Below are positions 32,540 through 46,941 of a DNA stretch of 64,000 bases, in pieces (position 1 is the stretch's first letter; each line of letters opens with the position of its first letter). Source of the stretch: the human T2T-CHM13v2.0 reference genome, Homo sapiens. The stretch is from assembly GCF_009914755.1 (NCBI RefSeq), contig NC_060929.1, one strand, 5' to 3'. The notes below the pieces were generated by a model. That model worked only from the letters and a program-made list of their open reading frames with translations. It did no database searches and was not told the origin of the DNA. The position numbers and the translations under genes are program-made.

Positions 32540-32924
32540 TGCTCTCTCCCAAATTCATATATTGAAATGAAGGGTTGAGTTTTTAAATAAATTCCTGATT
32601 TGAGGGGGTGGGCATTACCAATGTGATGGTATTTGGAGATGGGGTCTTTGGGAAATCCTTAGGTTTAGATGAGATCATGAAAGTGGGACCATCATGATGG
32701 GACTAGTTCCCTTATAAGCAAAGACACAAACAGCTTGCTCTCCCCAATATGTAAGGACACAGTGAAAAGGTGACTGTCTACAAGTCAGGAAGACAGCCCT
32801 CACCAGAAACTGATCATCCTGGTATTTATCTTGTACTTCTAGCCTCTAGAATTGTGAAAAGTAAAATTCTGCTGTTTAAGCCACCTATTCTACGGTATTT
32901 TGTTATGGCATCCCAAGCCGTTAC
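32540..32924 (+). mobile_element. MLT1A-type MaLR LTR carrying a 45-bp foreign insert
   Basis: ccaaattcatat.ttgaaat...caatgtgatggtatttggagatggggtctttggga...ctgctgtttaagccacc..tggtattttgttatggca. Confidence 0.85.
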
Positions 32925-33166
32925 AGAATTGTACTTACAGTTGGAGATTCCACACACTGGTTCCAATTCCAGTTGAACTCAATAGTAGTATATTTAAGTT
33001 AAATTACACTAGTGCTGGTTTTTAAGGGTTTTTTAAAAAGTGCTACCTTCCAGAAAATTTTAGAAAATGAAAAAATAAAAAGGAAGCATGAAATCATAAA
33101 CAGGTATAGTACAGGCCTATTGAAATGCATCATCAAGCCAGTAAAAATGGAATAAAGGATACTTAC

Positions 33167-33228
33167 CACCACCAAGAATGTAAGAATCCTGGTGGTTCCC
33201 CCAATGTGATGTTTTTTTCCCATCTTAT
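33167..33228 (-). CDS. SSBP2: SSBP2 coding exon (inferred exon 3), 62 bp
   Basis: Minus strand reads tattcattttag|ATAAGATGGGAAAAAAAC...TCTTGGTGGTG|gtaagt. It translates to IRWEKNITLGEPPGFLHSWW plus TG, starting in phase 0 after the preceding exon. Confidence 0.96.
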
Positions 33229-33449
33229 CTAAAATGAATAAAAGAGATATTACTTTCCTAATAATACTTTTTTCCACACATATTACAAAGTAATAATATC
33301 CCCATTTAAAATACTATAGTAATATTTGAATTTTTCATCATTTTCATGATATTTTTTACCCAAGTTTTGCAAGTACTCATTTTACAAGTGATTTGTTGAC
33401 TGGATTAGTCTCAGAGAGATGTCACCACTATTTTCCTGAATTTGCTTCA

Positions 33450-34095
33450 TACTGTGCCAGTTATAAAGCTCTAGTCTTTCAGTTTTAAATCCATCTTTCT
33501 GTGGTCTTTCAGATGCTGAGACTGGAGATCCATACACTACCTTTGTCCTTCATTAAATGGCTTCCTGTTAGGTCCCATAAACTAAGAGATGCTCTAGAGG
33601 GAGACTGGAAGTAAGAAGAGGGGAAATGGATTTGTTTTCTGTTAGCTTACTATTCCTGTGAGGGTGACCCCAGCAGCAGTTCATCCAGTGATAATAGCTG
33701 TGACAATAGCTGGTTCCATTCTAGCTTTATCCCACACAACCAGAACCAGTCTCTTTGTGCCACTCAGAAGTATCAGCACAGCTGGGCAATATCTCTCTTC
33801 AGAGGTTAAAGGTAAATTTGAGCTCTTCAAGTAACAGCAGTCCCACACTCCCTCTCCTTAGAGGTCTAAGATTCAGCTCCCTGAGATTTCTCCTCCAATT
33901 TTTTTGATAACCACAAGCTCTTCCTTTTGGTGCCTCAGCCCTAGTGATTGCTCACTGAAATTATTGATTTTATGTAACTTCTGTGTGCTGTTGTTGCTTT
34001 CTTTAAAATCTGTTTAGCTATTTCCACATATTACATTCTCTGTTGAAACACTCAGCGTGCTTTTAATTGGTGTGGCTGTATTCTCACTGATACAT
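33450..34095. mobile_element. Old ERVL-type LTR (LTR33-like)
   Basis: tggcttcctgttagg...gctctagagggagactggaag motifs; boundaries approximate. Confidence 0.45.
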
Positions 34096-34149
34096 CACTT
34101 CAAATATCCTTTCATAAGGTAAAAATATTAAAAATATCTTCATTTTAAG

Positions 34150-34326
34150 CAGAATGGGATATGGGCATAAACTTTAACTTTCCTACATACTAGCTGTGTG
34201 AAGTTGCGAAAGTTACTTAAATCTTCTGTGACTCAGTTTCCTCATCTATAAAATGTGGTTAATAATAGTCACGTATATCACAAGGTTGTTGTGAGGAAAA
34301 AACTGGTTAGTACATGAAAATCACTT
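34150..34326 (+). mobile_element. MIR (resumes at about 35153-35190 after nested L1 and Alu)
   Basis: tactagctgtgtga..gaaagttacttaaatcttctgtgactcagtttcctcatctataaaatg. Confidence 0.8.
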
Positions 34327-34340
34327 AAAAGAGTAATTGA

Positions 34341-35181
<841 letters not shown>

Positions 35182-36670
35182 CTATTATTTTTTTTTTCTT
35201 TTACCTAGGAGGGTATCCCTGTAAAAACTTTATTACATCATCATTGTCACCAGCACCCACAAAATTCCAGTGATATTCTATATAAAAATATTCAAAGTAT
35301 TTAGGGTTGTGCCAAACAATTTTAACTTACTAATCAGAATAGTTTTCATCTTGCTGGAAACCATACATGTAACTAGGAAAAAGGAACAATCAGAGTTGGA
35401 ACTAAGCAACAATTGTCTATGCTCCTAGCATAAATGGAAAAAGTAAAAATGAATCATTTAAACAGAAAATTAAGCTTCTATTTAAAATCATTTCAGAATT
35501 AGTGCCCTGTTACACTGAGTTATCATGTATACCAAATTCAGATCACCATTAAAATATCATTCTAAAGGTAACTCCATTTTTGAGGTTTTTCTTTTCTTTC
35601 TTTCTGTTTCTTTTATTGAATCAGAAGGTATTTCAGGATCTTAAGGCACAAAAAACCACCATTATTACTGTCAATATGAACATCAATTATCACCACTCAC
35701 CCAGAAACTTGCAAGAGATTAGGCTTAATATTTTGACTTCAAATTATACCTTAAGGGTTGAGTTTTTAAATAAATTCGTGATTTGAGGGTGTGGGCAGAA
35801 GAAGACATAAGTCTCTCATAAAATAAGAGTTTTTAAAAGTTGCTGATATTAACTTTCTAATTGTTTACATTTCAGCTAAGTTAGAGTTTACTATAATAAA
35901 AATTTAAAACAAGGTCAATATCTCTAAAAAAGTAAAAGTTCTGACTAAATACTTTTGCATGGATGTCTGAATAAGTATTCATACAGTGCCTTTTCTAAGC
36001 ACTGGATAGCAGTAAACACAAAAGACAGAAATCCCTTCCTTTAGGGAAATTACACCTCAGTAAGGAAGATAGACCCAAACAAAGAAACAAACAAAAAAGT
36101 AAATTATGTTTATATGAGAAGGTGACAAATGCAGTGAAGGAAAACTAAGCAGAGAAGGGGGATAGAAAGAGCAGGAAAACAGTAAAGTGGAATTACAACT
36201 TTAAATACGGAGATCCAGAAAGATCTCAAAAAAAAAAAACTCTATGCATAAGTATATGCCTTAGTTTTTTTAGCTTAAATCATAAAAATTATGTAACAAT
36301 ACCCCAATCAGTAAAATATGCCCAGAGGCCCTTAATACTACTAAGAAGTGAACAACTGTAATTACAGATTTCAAAAAAATTCAAGGAATTCTTTCCATCA
36401 TCTACTATGTAAGAAGTTAGGAATTCTTATCCCAAAAGGACTTTTTAAAAGTTTTAAAACAGGAACTCAGAAAGTGGTCCTAAATGTAGAAACAACCAAA
36501 AATCCTCTTTAATAAAAAGATGAAAAAAGTTAAGTGTCATTAAAATCACTGAAATTGGTTGCATTTTCAGAGTTCTTAAGTACATAAAGTATAAATAAAT
36601 GGGAACCTTGAAGTAAAACAAGTAATTTGTTCTCAAAAAATAAGAGAAATTTTTTGAAGATTAGAAATGG

Positions 36671-36972
36671 GGCCAGGCGCAGTGGCTCACGCCTGTAATC
36701 CCAGCACTCTGGGAGGCAAAGGCAGGTGGATCACCTGAGGTCAGGAGTTTAAGCCAAAATGGTGAAACCCCATCTCTACTAAAAATACAAAAATTAGCCA
36801 GGCATGGTGGTGTGCGCCTGTAGTCCCAGCTACTCAGGAGGCGGAGGCAGAAGAATCACTTGAACCCAGGAGGCGGAGATTGCAGTGAGCCGAGATAGCA
36901 CCACGGCACTCCAGCCTGGGCGACAGAGTGAGACTCTGTCTCAAAAATAATAATATTGATAATAATAATAAT
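36671..36972 (+). mobile_element. AluS with (AAT)n tail
   Basis: Full dimer with a small internal deletion after aggagttt. Confidence 0.92.
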
Positions 36973-37232
36973 GTAATAGCCATTTTGAGGTGCTAAAAGG
37001 AAAAATTCCAGGGATTAAGGAACTTGAAGTTAGAAAAACTACATATGAACAATAAACCAGAACACATCATATAAATATAGGCCAGATCCTAATTTTAATT
37101 ATCCTAAGTGGTAATACAAATAATTTGTATATGTATGCCATCTTTTATCTGATAATTTCAGTTCATCGACATTTTATATTATCTTGGTTCATAAAAAATA
37201 AGAAATAATATTTAATGAGATTTATGAGAAAC

Positions 37233-37423
37233 AAAACTCTGATGTCCTGCTAAAATTATAATTTAGTCAAAAACCTATGTCTCATCCTTCTCTCAAAAAC
37301 TCTGATGTCCTGCTAAAATTATAATTTAGTCAAAAACCTACGTCTCATCCTTCTCTCAAAAACTCTGATGTCCTGCTAAAATTATAATTTAGTCAAAAAC
37401 CTATGTCTCATCCTTCTCTCAAA
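37233..37423. repeat. 63-bp tandem repeat x3
   Basis: Unit aaaactctgatgtcctgctaaaattataatttagtcaaaaacctatgtctcatccttctctca, with one T>C difference in copy 2. Confidence 0.96.
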
Positions 37424-39199
37424 CTTTTCTCTTACCACTTTTTCACTAGTTGGTATCTTCTTGAAAGAACATAAGAATAAATAAACCCTCACCAACGTAC
37501 TCAGACACACTAATATTCCTAATCACTAGAACCATCCTAATCATATGACCAGCAAATTTTTCAAAGTACTGTCCTTATGTTTCATCTCAGTTCATCTTGA
37601 CTTTACATAATATGACTGTGAAATAAATAGATTTTACTATACTCAGTTAAAAGAACAATGTGACATAGCTTATGGAGGAGTGAAAATGGCATGACTAGGT
37701 TTCAATGCCAGGGTGTGCGGGAGGTAGGATTAGACTCACAGTCTATGAGACCCACTGCCCCTCATCCTTACTAAGCAGCCTCCCCTCATGCACTTCCACA
37801 ACTTCCACAGTCCATCTCCAGCTGTCTCGGGAGATAAAGGACTAAAGGAAACTACCTATATGGTTTGTATTTGATATGGTCTTTTATGAGAAGAAGCCTG
37901 AGGTAATACATTTGTATTTTAAACAGTTTTACATCCTATTATTCCTCAGAGAAACTAAAAAAGCATCACATATATCATCATTTCATGCTCACAATATTTT
38001 TTACTACATAGTATTCATCCTTCTCTCCTTAAATTACAAGTCTGTGCCAGAAGCAGGTAAAACTTCCGTCCATCATACTGAAGTTAACATAAAATCCACC
38101 CTTTTATAGTTATTGAATGAACCACACTTAAAGCTATGTTTTAGGTATGTCCACAGAAGAGATGGTCTGTGTTTACACAGTGAATATTGCTAAGTCCAAA
38201 TGGATCACTATTCTAGATACCACTTGTTTAAAAAAAGCATAAAATGGTGCTCAAGAAGAGCCAAAATAGAATCCTGACCTGTAGAAAACTAAACCACATT
38301 CACTGTAGTATTGTTAGAAAAAAATGAAAATTAGAAACAGCCTGAGAAACATTCACTAGTGGTGACTGTAAAATAAATCTTGATACTTACATACTACAGA
38401 ACAGTGTGCTATCATTAAAAAGAATGAAATACAGCTACCTGGAAAGAGAATCATGCTCTACTGGTTTTTCAAGATGGAAATTTGGAAGGTTGGAGAATAT
38501 TATGTATAGCATAAAACCTTTCTGCTTGGAAAAAAAAAAGTATGTATACATACATATGTGTGCTTGTAGGTGTGTGTGCATTTTTAAAAATCACATCAAG
38601 CCTACAACTATTATCTGGAATAGGGAAAAGGAGGACTTTCATTTTAAATTATATTCTACGTAGTTTAATTTTGTTTTTTAGCAAATATGAATTAATGATG
38701 GGTGGTATTGAGGAATGGCCAGAAAATATTCCTAAATGTCAGCAGTCATGTTAAAAACAAATTTTCTGCTGTTTCTGAAGAGGTATTTTCTGTTGTATTG
38801 AGTTTCGTGGGCTTCAGGCCTATTTAGGTTTTTGGGTGGCATCTTTGCCAATAACATTTTCTCTTTATTCTGTTTCTTCTTCTTCCATTATCCCAGCATC
38901 AATGTGTATTTGCCCAGTCCTAAGGCTTTTTGCTGCTTAATTATCTACCTCACTTCCTTCTGTCATTTGACCAGCCAGGGGCTGTATTCTCCTTTAACTT
39001 TCATGTAAATCTCAAGGCCCATTCCTAATGCCATATTCTGCACTTCATGGCCTTGTCTATGAATATGCTGTTTTTATCATATGATCTAACATTTTCAGCA
39101 TTTCTTCATAAATGTAAAACCAAACATTGAATCATGAACAAAAGGTATATCAATAGGAAAAAGACATGTCTTGTGGTTTAATTATAAAATACATACTAT

Positions 39200-39540
39200 C
39201 TGATGGTCACATGTGGGAAATTTTACATATATGTAACAATTTTCATTGAAGCATTGTTTTAATTGAAAGAGACTGGAAACACCTAAATGTCCATCAGTAC
39301 AGGGCTAGTGAACTATATCATGGCACATTTCATAGAATGAAATATGCTACAACCATAAAAAGAGAATTATGACATTTCATGAACCAATATAACACAATTT
39401 CCAAAATCTAACAAGTGAAACAAAAATTAAAGCACAGAATGGTGTATAAGCTAACATTTGTACAAAAAAGAAAAAATGATATAGATGTACATACATAAAT
39501 ATATACAGGTATACACACACACATTTGCTTAATTTTTCAT
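39200..39540 (+). mobile_element. Old L1ME-type 3' fragment
   Basis: gaagcattgttt..aaagagactggaaacacctaaatgtccatcagtacaggg...catagaatgaaata. Confidence 0.6.
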
Positions 39541-39559
39541 TCTTATTTGCTTCTGGCAA

Positions 39560-39900
39560 GGTATACTGGTCATTTACCTATTATCTCTCAGCCCTACACC
39601 CACCCTTCTATACTCCATTCTATACTTGGGGCTGGGATTCTGAAAATCACATTTCCTAACCTCCTTGCCATTTGGCTTCCTGTTAAGTTCTGCCATCAGG
39701 AGACACTAGCAGGAGATCAAAAAACAGGAAAAAGAGAAGCTTCCTGCCTCTGGCTCCAAAAGTGAAGCCGGGATAGCACGATTCTGGATGCCGGCAGTAC
39801 CTTTTTGGGGGTTCTAGTCTTGTCAATGTGGGACCTCTTCAGCAGATCCAGACCCACTTCCACAGCATCTCCAACAATGCAGCAGCAGGTTTGAAGGTGA
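39560..39900. mobile_element. Old ERVL-type LTR (LTR33-like)
   Basis: cacatttcctaacctccttgccatttggcttcctgttaagttctgccatcaggagacactagcaggagat. Confidence 0.55.
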
Positions 39901-40135
39901 TGGGTTCCAAACTTTTCATAGTACCCATAAATCCTTTCATAATTTTTAATTTAAACCAATATCCAAAGAATATCTTTTAATACCATAAAACAATAAAACC
40001 AATTCCTGTGTTAAGAAAATAACCTGTATACCTATGTGTAAGTTTCTTTCTAGACTAAATTCCTGAGACTTCTAATTTAGACATAACCTACTGTTCCCAC
40101 CAATTTTCTAAAATCTCTCATGTATAGAAGCATGA

Positions 40136-40532
<397 letters not shown>

Positions 40533-40596
40533 TAAAGGCAATAGATGTTTAACAGGAAGAAAAAGCTGACTATACTTTGAAGCAGATCATCTAAAA

Positions 40597-40791
40597 CTGT
40601 GCTGTTCAACATGATACTCGGTAGTCACGTGTGGCTATTTCAGTTTAAAATTAAGTTAACTGAATGTTCCTCAGTTGCACTAGCCATATTTAAAGCTCAT
40701 AATAGTCACACATAATTAGTGGCTACCTTATTTAACAGCAAAGATTAGAGACCATTTCTATAATCACAGAAAGTTTTATTGAGTAGTGCTG
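40597..40791. mobile_element. MER3-like hAT-Charlie DNA transposon
   Basis: ctgtgctgttcaa...agtcacgtgtggctattt...ttcctcagttgcactagccatattt...atcacagaaagttttattg. Confidence 0.7.
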
Positions 40792-41639
40792 CTTTCTTTT
40801 AGAAGAATGAAAGAAGTCTTCCTAAAGAGGACTACCTCTTATTGGGAAAACTCCTTAATGGATCCTTTCTATTTTTGTTTTTATTTTTTTGACACAGAAA
40901 GACAGAAGCCACTAGGAATGGTGCAAAAGGAAGAATGCAGAGAGGAAAACAAATACTTGACTTTCTATGTAACAAGAATTTAGGAAGTTGCTCATGGTCT
41001 CTTAGGAAGAAGCTCGGGGGTCTGGAAGGATTCAGAAAAGGAAAAATGAGAGAGGTTATGAGAAGTCAACAAGATAGAAGGCAAAGGCATGCTGAGGAAA
41101 ACAGCTTAGTGAAAAATTCCCTGTAGCAAGGAGACCACAGAATTTAAGGTAGCTTATGTCTAGTATTCAAGTTAATGTTGGTGCCTATACTGTACAATGC
41201 CTAATCTTTTTGGCTATCCCTCAACCTTAAGTGAGAATCTTTCATACAAAAGAGCAATGAGTTAGTGGACCTCTGAAATCATGAGAAAAACAGAAAACTT
41301 CAGGCATAAAAAAGGGATAGACCATAAGAGGGAGAACCAGAGTGGGGCTATAATCACTCAACAAGAGCAAGAACCTACAGTACAAGAACCCTAAGCACCC
41401 AATAAAGGCTCACAGATACTGGAGAAGACTTGCAACAATCTACAATATTAGGGATTAGAGCTGGACCCATTTTTATAGAAAGAGTAACACCAAACAGTAG
41501 GATTATGGGCCATCCAAGTGACAGACACTTGGAACGCACATGTACACATCAGGCACATATTTATGCCTCTATTTTTGTTTAAATAAGAAACTATACAAGA
41601 TAGAAAAAAAGTTGGTCAAGATTTTTTAAAATGACACTT

Positions 41640-41840
41640 TTGAACACTTACTATAGGCCAGGCACTATTATAAGCAATGTGCATATACTAACTCATTTAA
41701 ACCACAGCATAACTAAAGTATTGTTACAATTATCATCATCTTATAACTAGGAAACTGAGAAAGTAAATAAGATGTAGAACATAATTTAAACCCAGGATGT
41801 CTGGCCCAAAGCAATTGCTTTTACCTCCTATACTATATTG
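41640..41840 (-). mobile_element. MIR
   Basis: tgaacacttactataggccaggcacta...actcatttaa...ggaaactgag. Confidence 0.65.
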
Positions 41841-43290
41841 CCTCAAAATTAAAGTTCGAGAGACTGGTTAGGAAATACTAATTAATATTTTCTCTCTTCA
41901 TATAGGTAAAAGGCAAACAGAACAGAGTTTTGGAGTCTATGATGCTCAATAATTTAGCAATCCTAATAAAATCTGAAGAAGGAATCCCTTAGATGTTTTT
42001 AAGCTTCTATTTCAGGCTAACTTGTTGGCTAACTTATGACAAAGAAGGGGTAGTCATAATGCAAAAATTTTAAGAAAGGGAAAAAATCTAGAATCTTTAT
42101 AAAACTCTAATTCTTAATTTCATTTGTTAAGGGTATTGAGCCTCATTCTGAGACATGAATACCATGCAAAACTTCAAGGAAGAGCAGCCATTATCTTTGT
42201 ATAACGAAATGATATGACCAGAAAAAGGATAGCTTCTAATGAATCTAAAGTAACAAAAGTTAATGTAGAATTGGAAAGAAGATTCCTTAGCATTCTGTTT
42301 GTAATTATTAAATGTTGAAGAATAACAAAGATAAAAGCAGAGGAAGGGCTTTGTATTGAGAATATCTCTAAATAATATTCCATTTTTTCCCCTTGGGAGT
42401 AAAAAAAAAATGAAAAGTCACATAAACTACATTTTGGATTCAGGTAGTGGTTTAAAATCTATCATGAATCAGAGGTAACACTGAGCTAGTTGGCACAACC
42501 TAGTTAGAGAAATGTTTTTATTTCTATTGTTAGTCCATTTTTTCTTTTAATTAAGAAAAAATGACTGGGTTAATAATAATGTGCCCCACTCTTCTGACTG
42601 ATAACAAAAGCCATCAAGAGCAGTCCAATTTCTGATAGCCCAGGACAAGGGCATTTTTAGAAAATCAAGATTGGGCAGCTGAGATACACATCTTGCTTGT
42701 TCAGATAATGCCTGGAGTTCCAGTTGGCCTTCTCGCAACTTCACCCAAAAGAACAAGCCCATACTAATGAAAGAAGTGACCCAGCACAGTAAAACCTGAT
42801 TCAGAAGAGCTCATTAACATCACGGTCCTTCTTAGCCTCATCTATCCAGAGGAAGAATGTCAAATTTGGAAGAAGTGGTCTACTTCTCCTTGAACCAGGG
42901 TGAGAACATTGGATAATGTTATAATAATTGATAACAATTGGTGCCATTTCAATCATTTCCATTTTATTATAATAACCAACTCAAATAAGTAAGTCTCCCT
43001 ATTTTACATTCCCATGGAACTATTTTGATTTAGGTAAAAACCTGGGGGTAGACTAGGGAGGATTTAGGTAAGATTGTTTTTTTACTACTCAGACCAGTTA
43101 AGAAGTCATTCTACAATAAGCGGCCTCAAATTTTCTGCCTGATCGAAGAGAAACTCAGAGAGAAAGCAACCCTCAACATAAATTATTACATTCTCTAAAA
43201 TATTACATTCTCCTTTTTTTTTTTTTTTTTACCATCCATGGTTAGGGCAAAAGGGCACCAAGACACCAGAGTACAAACCTGATGATGTCA

Positions 43291-43321
<31 letters not shown>

Positions 43322-45230
43322 AAAACCTTCAAAGGCTCCCTTTTTCCAAAGATAAAGTCCAACTTCCTGGCATGTATGCAAAGGTCTTCATGTGCAGGTC
43401 CCTGTAGATTGTACTATCACCTTAGGTGAAACCCTGGGAAAACCGTTCTAGGAAAAGCTACTTCTAAGGTGGAGAGGGGAGGAGAGTTTTAGGCAGAGGG
43501 AATATGCCACTGAGTAAAGCCCAGATGACAGAAGCCCCATGGTATACAGGAAAACCCAAGCAGCTAGATACTGTAGAACATAAAATGTGAGGGAGGAAAT
43601 AGCAAACTATTGTAATTTAACCAACTGAAATTATCAAGAACTCTAGGATGTACTCAGCAATGGCTTATCACAAATCTATCTCCAGGCTTCCATCTTTTAA
43701 GTTCAGATAATTTACGAGAATATATTTTCTCTTCTTTAGTTTTGTTTTTAAATAACTGTACAAATAATATATGTATTCCTTGTTTAAAAGAATTCTGTGA
43801 CTAAGGATAAAATCCCTTTGAACCCTTTAATGTCCCCACTCCCAAAACAACTAGTCTGGCATGTAAGTTCTTTCAGAACTTTTACTATACTTTATATTCA
43901 TACTATACTTTATATTCATAAATATGTACCCACAAAAATATATAGTATTACTTTATGTACTAGGGTTTCCAGATACATGGCATACTTTGGCTTTCTTCTC
44001 TTACTAGACAATGTTTTGGAAGTCTATCTACATAAGTCCAAATTAATCTAACTTATTATTTTACATTATTAAAAACTTACAGCTCAATTAATTTAGCCAT
44101 TCCCCTACATTGGTTATTTAGGTATTGATAATGCATTTTTACAGCACCATTCAGAGTTTGGCAGCCTAGATAGTGAAGAATAGTTCTGAAAATCACATAC
44201 ACTTATCTCCAAAGTCTAGAAATAATGTGTCTTCTTGGTGATAATAGTTCGTTTTCAGTTTGACGTCTCGTGTGAAAGTGAGGTAGACTAATAATTAAGA
44301 GAAATCCTCAGTTTTTGTATTCAAAATGCAGCCAGAGAAAATGAAATAATGACAAATACTTGTCAATATGTGTGAATCTCTTCTGAAATTCTGATTTCAT
44401 TTCCACCAAACAGTCCTAGAAATTCTGTATATACATTTTCCACTGAGCTCAAAGCCTAGGAGTCTAGTATCTAGTTATTTGCTTAATCCACATAATGCAT
44501 TTGAATCCAAATACTTGAACGTCCTTGAATAAGTTAGCAACATTTTTCTTTTTTGATGAGGTTTAATAATCACTGTATCTAATATCTTACAATGTTGGTA
44601 AGAAAATATAGTTTTGGGAACCTTCCAGGATTAAGTGAATTGAGCCAATTCAAAATGGTCCTTGATACAAGGAAGGAGATCATTAAATCTTTTAAGTTTC
44701 TACTGCATTAAAACAAAAATTTTAAATTTCCAGAGTGCACTATAGATTCCTTTAAGACACTGTAAGTTGACAGTGGTTAAGAATACAAAAAGACATCCTT
44801 TTTGCAATCTCAATCACTTCTTCTATAATATCAGTGAATGCGACTTAGAAAGGTCATTGCCCTAAGTCTTCTAACTAATGATTTCATGAAACACAGATAC
44901 ACCAAATTTTTGTTTTGATTTGAATAAACTTTTGAAATCAAATTTTTATTATACTGCATATATTCCTTCTATAGTAAAACAACTGAGTTCTTACATGTTC
45001 TGGCTAAACCTCTAAAATTCCTTATCTGCAAATAAGCCCTACCAGTTCACATATACTAGTTAATTAGAAATAAGAGTGAGGGTTGTGTGCGTTTGTTTAC
45101 TTTGAGCTGCAGCTAAATCTCAAGAAGGCTATACCTCAGGCAGGGAACTATTGGCAATGAGTTGTCTGTTGTGCTCTTGATGTGCTGGGGACCAAACTGG
45201 TGAGATCACCAGAGATAATACGATTTCAAG

Positions 45231-45665
45231 CAGCACTGTCCAACAGAAATAGAAACATGGGCCACAAATAAGAGCCACATGTATAATTTAAAATTTTTTA
45301 ATTTTTAATTTTTATGGGTACATAGTAGTATATATATTTATGGGGTACATAAGATATTTTGATACAGGCATATAATGTGTTATCTAATTTAAAACTTCTA
45401 ATAGCCACAAAAACTTTTAATAGCCACATTTAAAAAGAAAAGGTAAAATTAATTTTAGTAATATATTTTATTTTACCTAATATAGGCAAAATATTATCAC
45501 TTCAATGTATGACCAAAATTTTAAAATTATTAATATTTTATATTCTTTTGTTCACACTGTCTTTAAAATACTGTACTTCACACATATAGCACTTCTTAAT
45601 TGCATCATATTTCCAGTGCTCAAAAATCTATATATGGCTAGTATTTACCATATTGGACAGCACAG
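45231..45665. mobile_element. MER33-like hAT-Charlie element containing a short L1MA 3' fragment (~45295-45380)
   Basis: Inverted ends cagcactgtccaa ... ttggacagcacag, with internal tttttatgggtacatagtag...gatacaggcat. Confidence 0.7.
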
Positions 45666-45679
45666 ATATAGAGGAAAAA

Positions 45680-45905
45680 CCAAAAGCACTGGGATTAACA
45701 TAGACCTAAGTCTGAATTCTAGTTCCATAACTCACTAAGCTCTGTGGCCATGAGCCAGTTATATAAACACTCTGAGCCTTGTTGTCCTCATCAGTAAAAC
45801 GGAAAGAATATAACCTGCTATGCAAATTTCTTATAAGAATTAGAGATAATATATGTAAAATACCTTGGCACATTGTATGCCTGGCACATAACAGAGCTCA
45901 ATAAA
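45680..45905 (+). mobile_element. MIR
   Basis: agacctaagtctgaattctagttcca..tcactaagct...ctctgagcct..tcctcatcagtaaaacgg. Confidence 0.7.
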
Positions 45906-45971
45906 ATCCTCATCATCCTCATATACATAGGAGACAAACAAGCACCACTGTAAGAAAGGTCAAATTCCAGC

Positions 45972-46400
45972 CAACCTAGGTGCCTATCAGTGGTGGATTA
46001 GATGAAGATGGGGTACATATACACCATGGAATACTACGCAGCCTAAAAAAGAATGAAATCATGTCTTTTACAGCAAGATGGATTAAGCTGGAGGCCATAA
46101 TAATAAACAAATTAACACAAGAACAGAAAACCAAATACTGCACATTCTCACTTAGAAGTGGGAGCTACACATTGAGCACACATGGACATAAACACGGGAA
46201 CACTAGACACTACAGACTACTAGAGGTGAGAGGGAGGGAGGGGAACATGAATGGAAAAACAATCTATTGGCTGCTATGCTTACTACCTGGTGACAGTATC
46301 TATACCCTAAATCTCAGCATCACATAATATGCCCATGTAACAAACCTGCACAAGTACCTCCTTATCTAAAATAAAAGTTGAAATTAAAAAAAAAAAGAAA
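45972..46400 (+). mobile_element. Older L1P 3' end (L1PA13-16/L1PB-like)
   Basis: caccatggaatactacgcagcc..aaaaagaatgaaatcatgtc...ccatgtaacaaacctgcac...aaataaaagttgaaatt plus A tail. Confidence 0.85.
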
Positions 46401-46868
46401 GAAAGTGAAGGTGGAGAAGAGAAAGAGAAGAACTTGAAATAAGGTTATTAAAATGTTTTCTAACTACAATCAATCAGCGATCATCCATACAAAATAAACA
46501 AAATCCACATTTTCCAAAATTATGATATTGTTCGAGTGAGAGATATGGTTGAGGGTTTATAACTCTCACAAATTTTTTAGAGTAAATTTTTAAAATTTGC
46601 TTTCTTGATTATTGTTGCCATGCTAATATTACTTTCCATTTCTAAAAAGAGAAAATGGCTGGAAAGGTGACTAGAAGATTGAGTGGCACAGAAGTGGCAT
46701 GGGGATAAAAATGCTTATACATAATCTATAAAAACTATACTATGTATACGGATAACTAGGAATTCACTATATAATACATAACAAACTTTTTTCAAATAAT
46801 TATTATAGTGTGTTTTCCATTCATTTATATAAGATCAAAATGCAATACAGAAAATATATAAAACATAC

Positions 46869-46941
46869 CTCTGATAAAAATGTTTGAGCTGATTTCTGAG
46901 CTCCTACATGGAGCAGATATTCATATACGTAGAGTGCTAAC
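46869..46941 (-). CDS. SSBP2: SSBP2 coding exon (inferred exon 2), 73 bp, LisH motif
   Basis: Minus strand reads tttgttttccag|GTTAGCACTCTACGTATATGAATAT...TTTTTATCAGAG|gtatgt. It translates to (K)[24 protein letters not shown], the SSBP/SSDP LisH motif. Confidence 0.96.

Noticed and set aside
32999-33277. 92-aa minus-strand ORF spanning exon 3
   Set aside because: It overlaps the real exon in a different frame and runs through both splice sites; its hydrophobicity reflects T-rich intron.
43883-43920. Short direct duplications (tactatactttatattca x2; similar ones near 3572, 8080 and 43183)
   Set aside because: Two-copy micro-duplications are common slippage products with no further structure.
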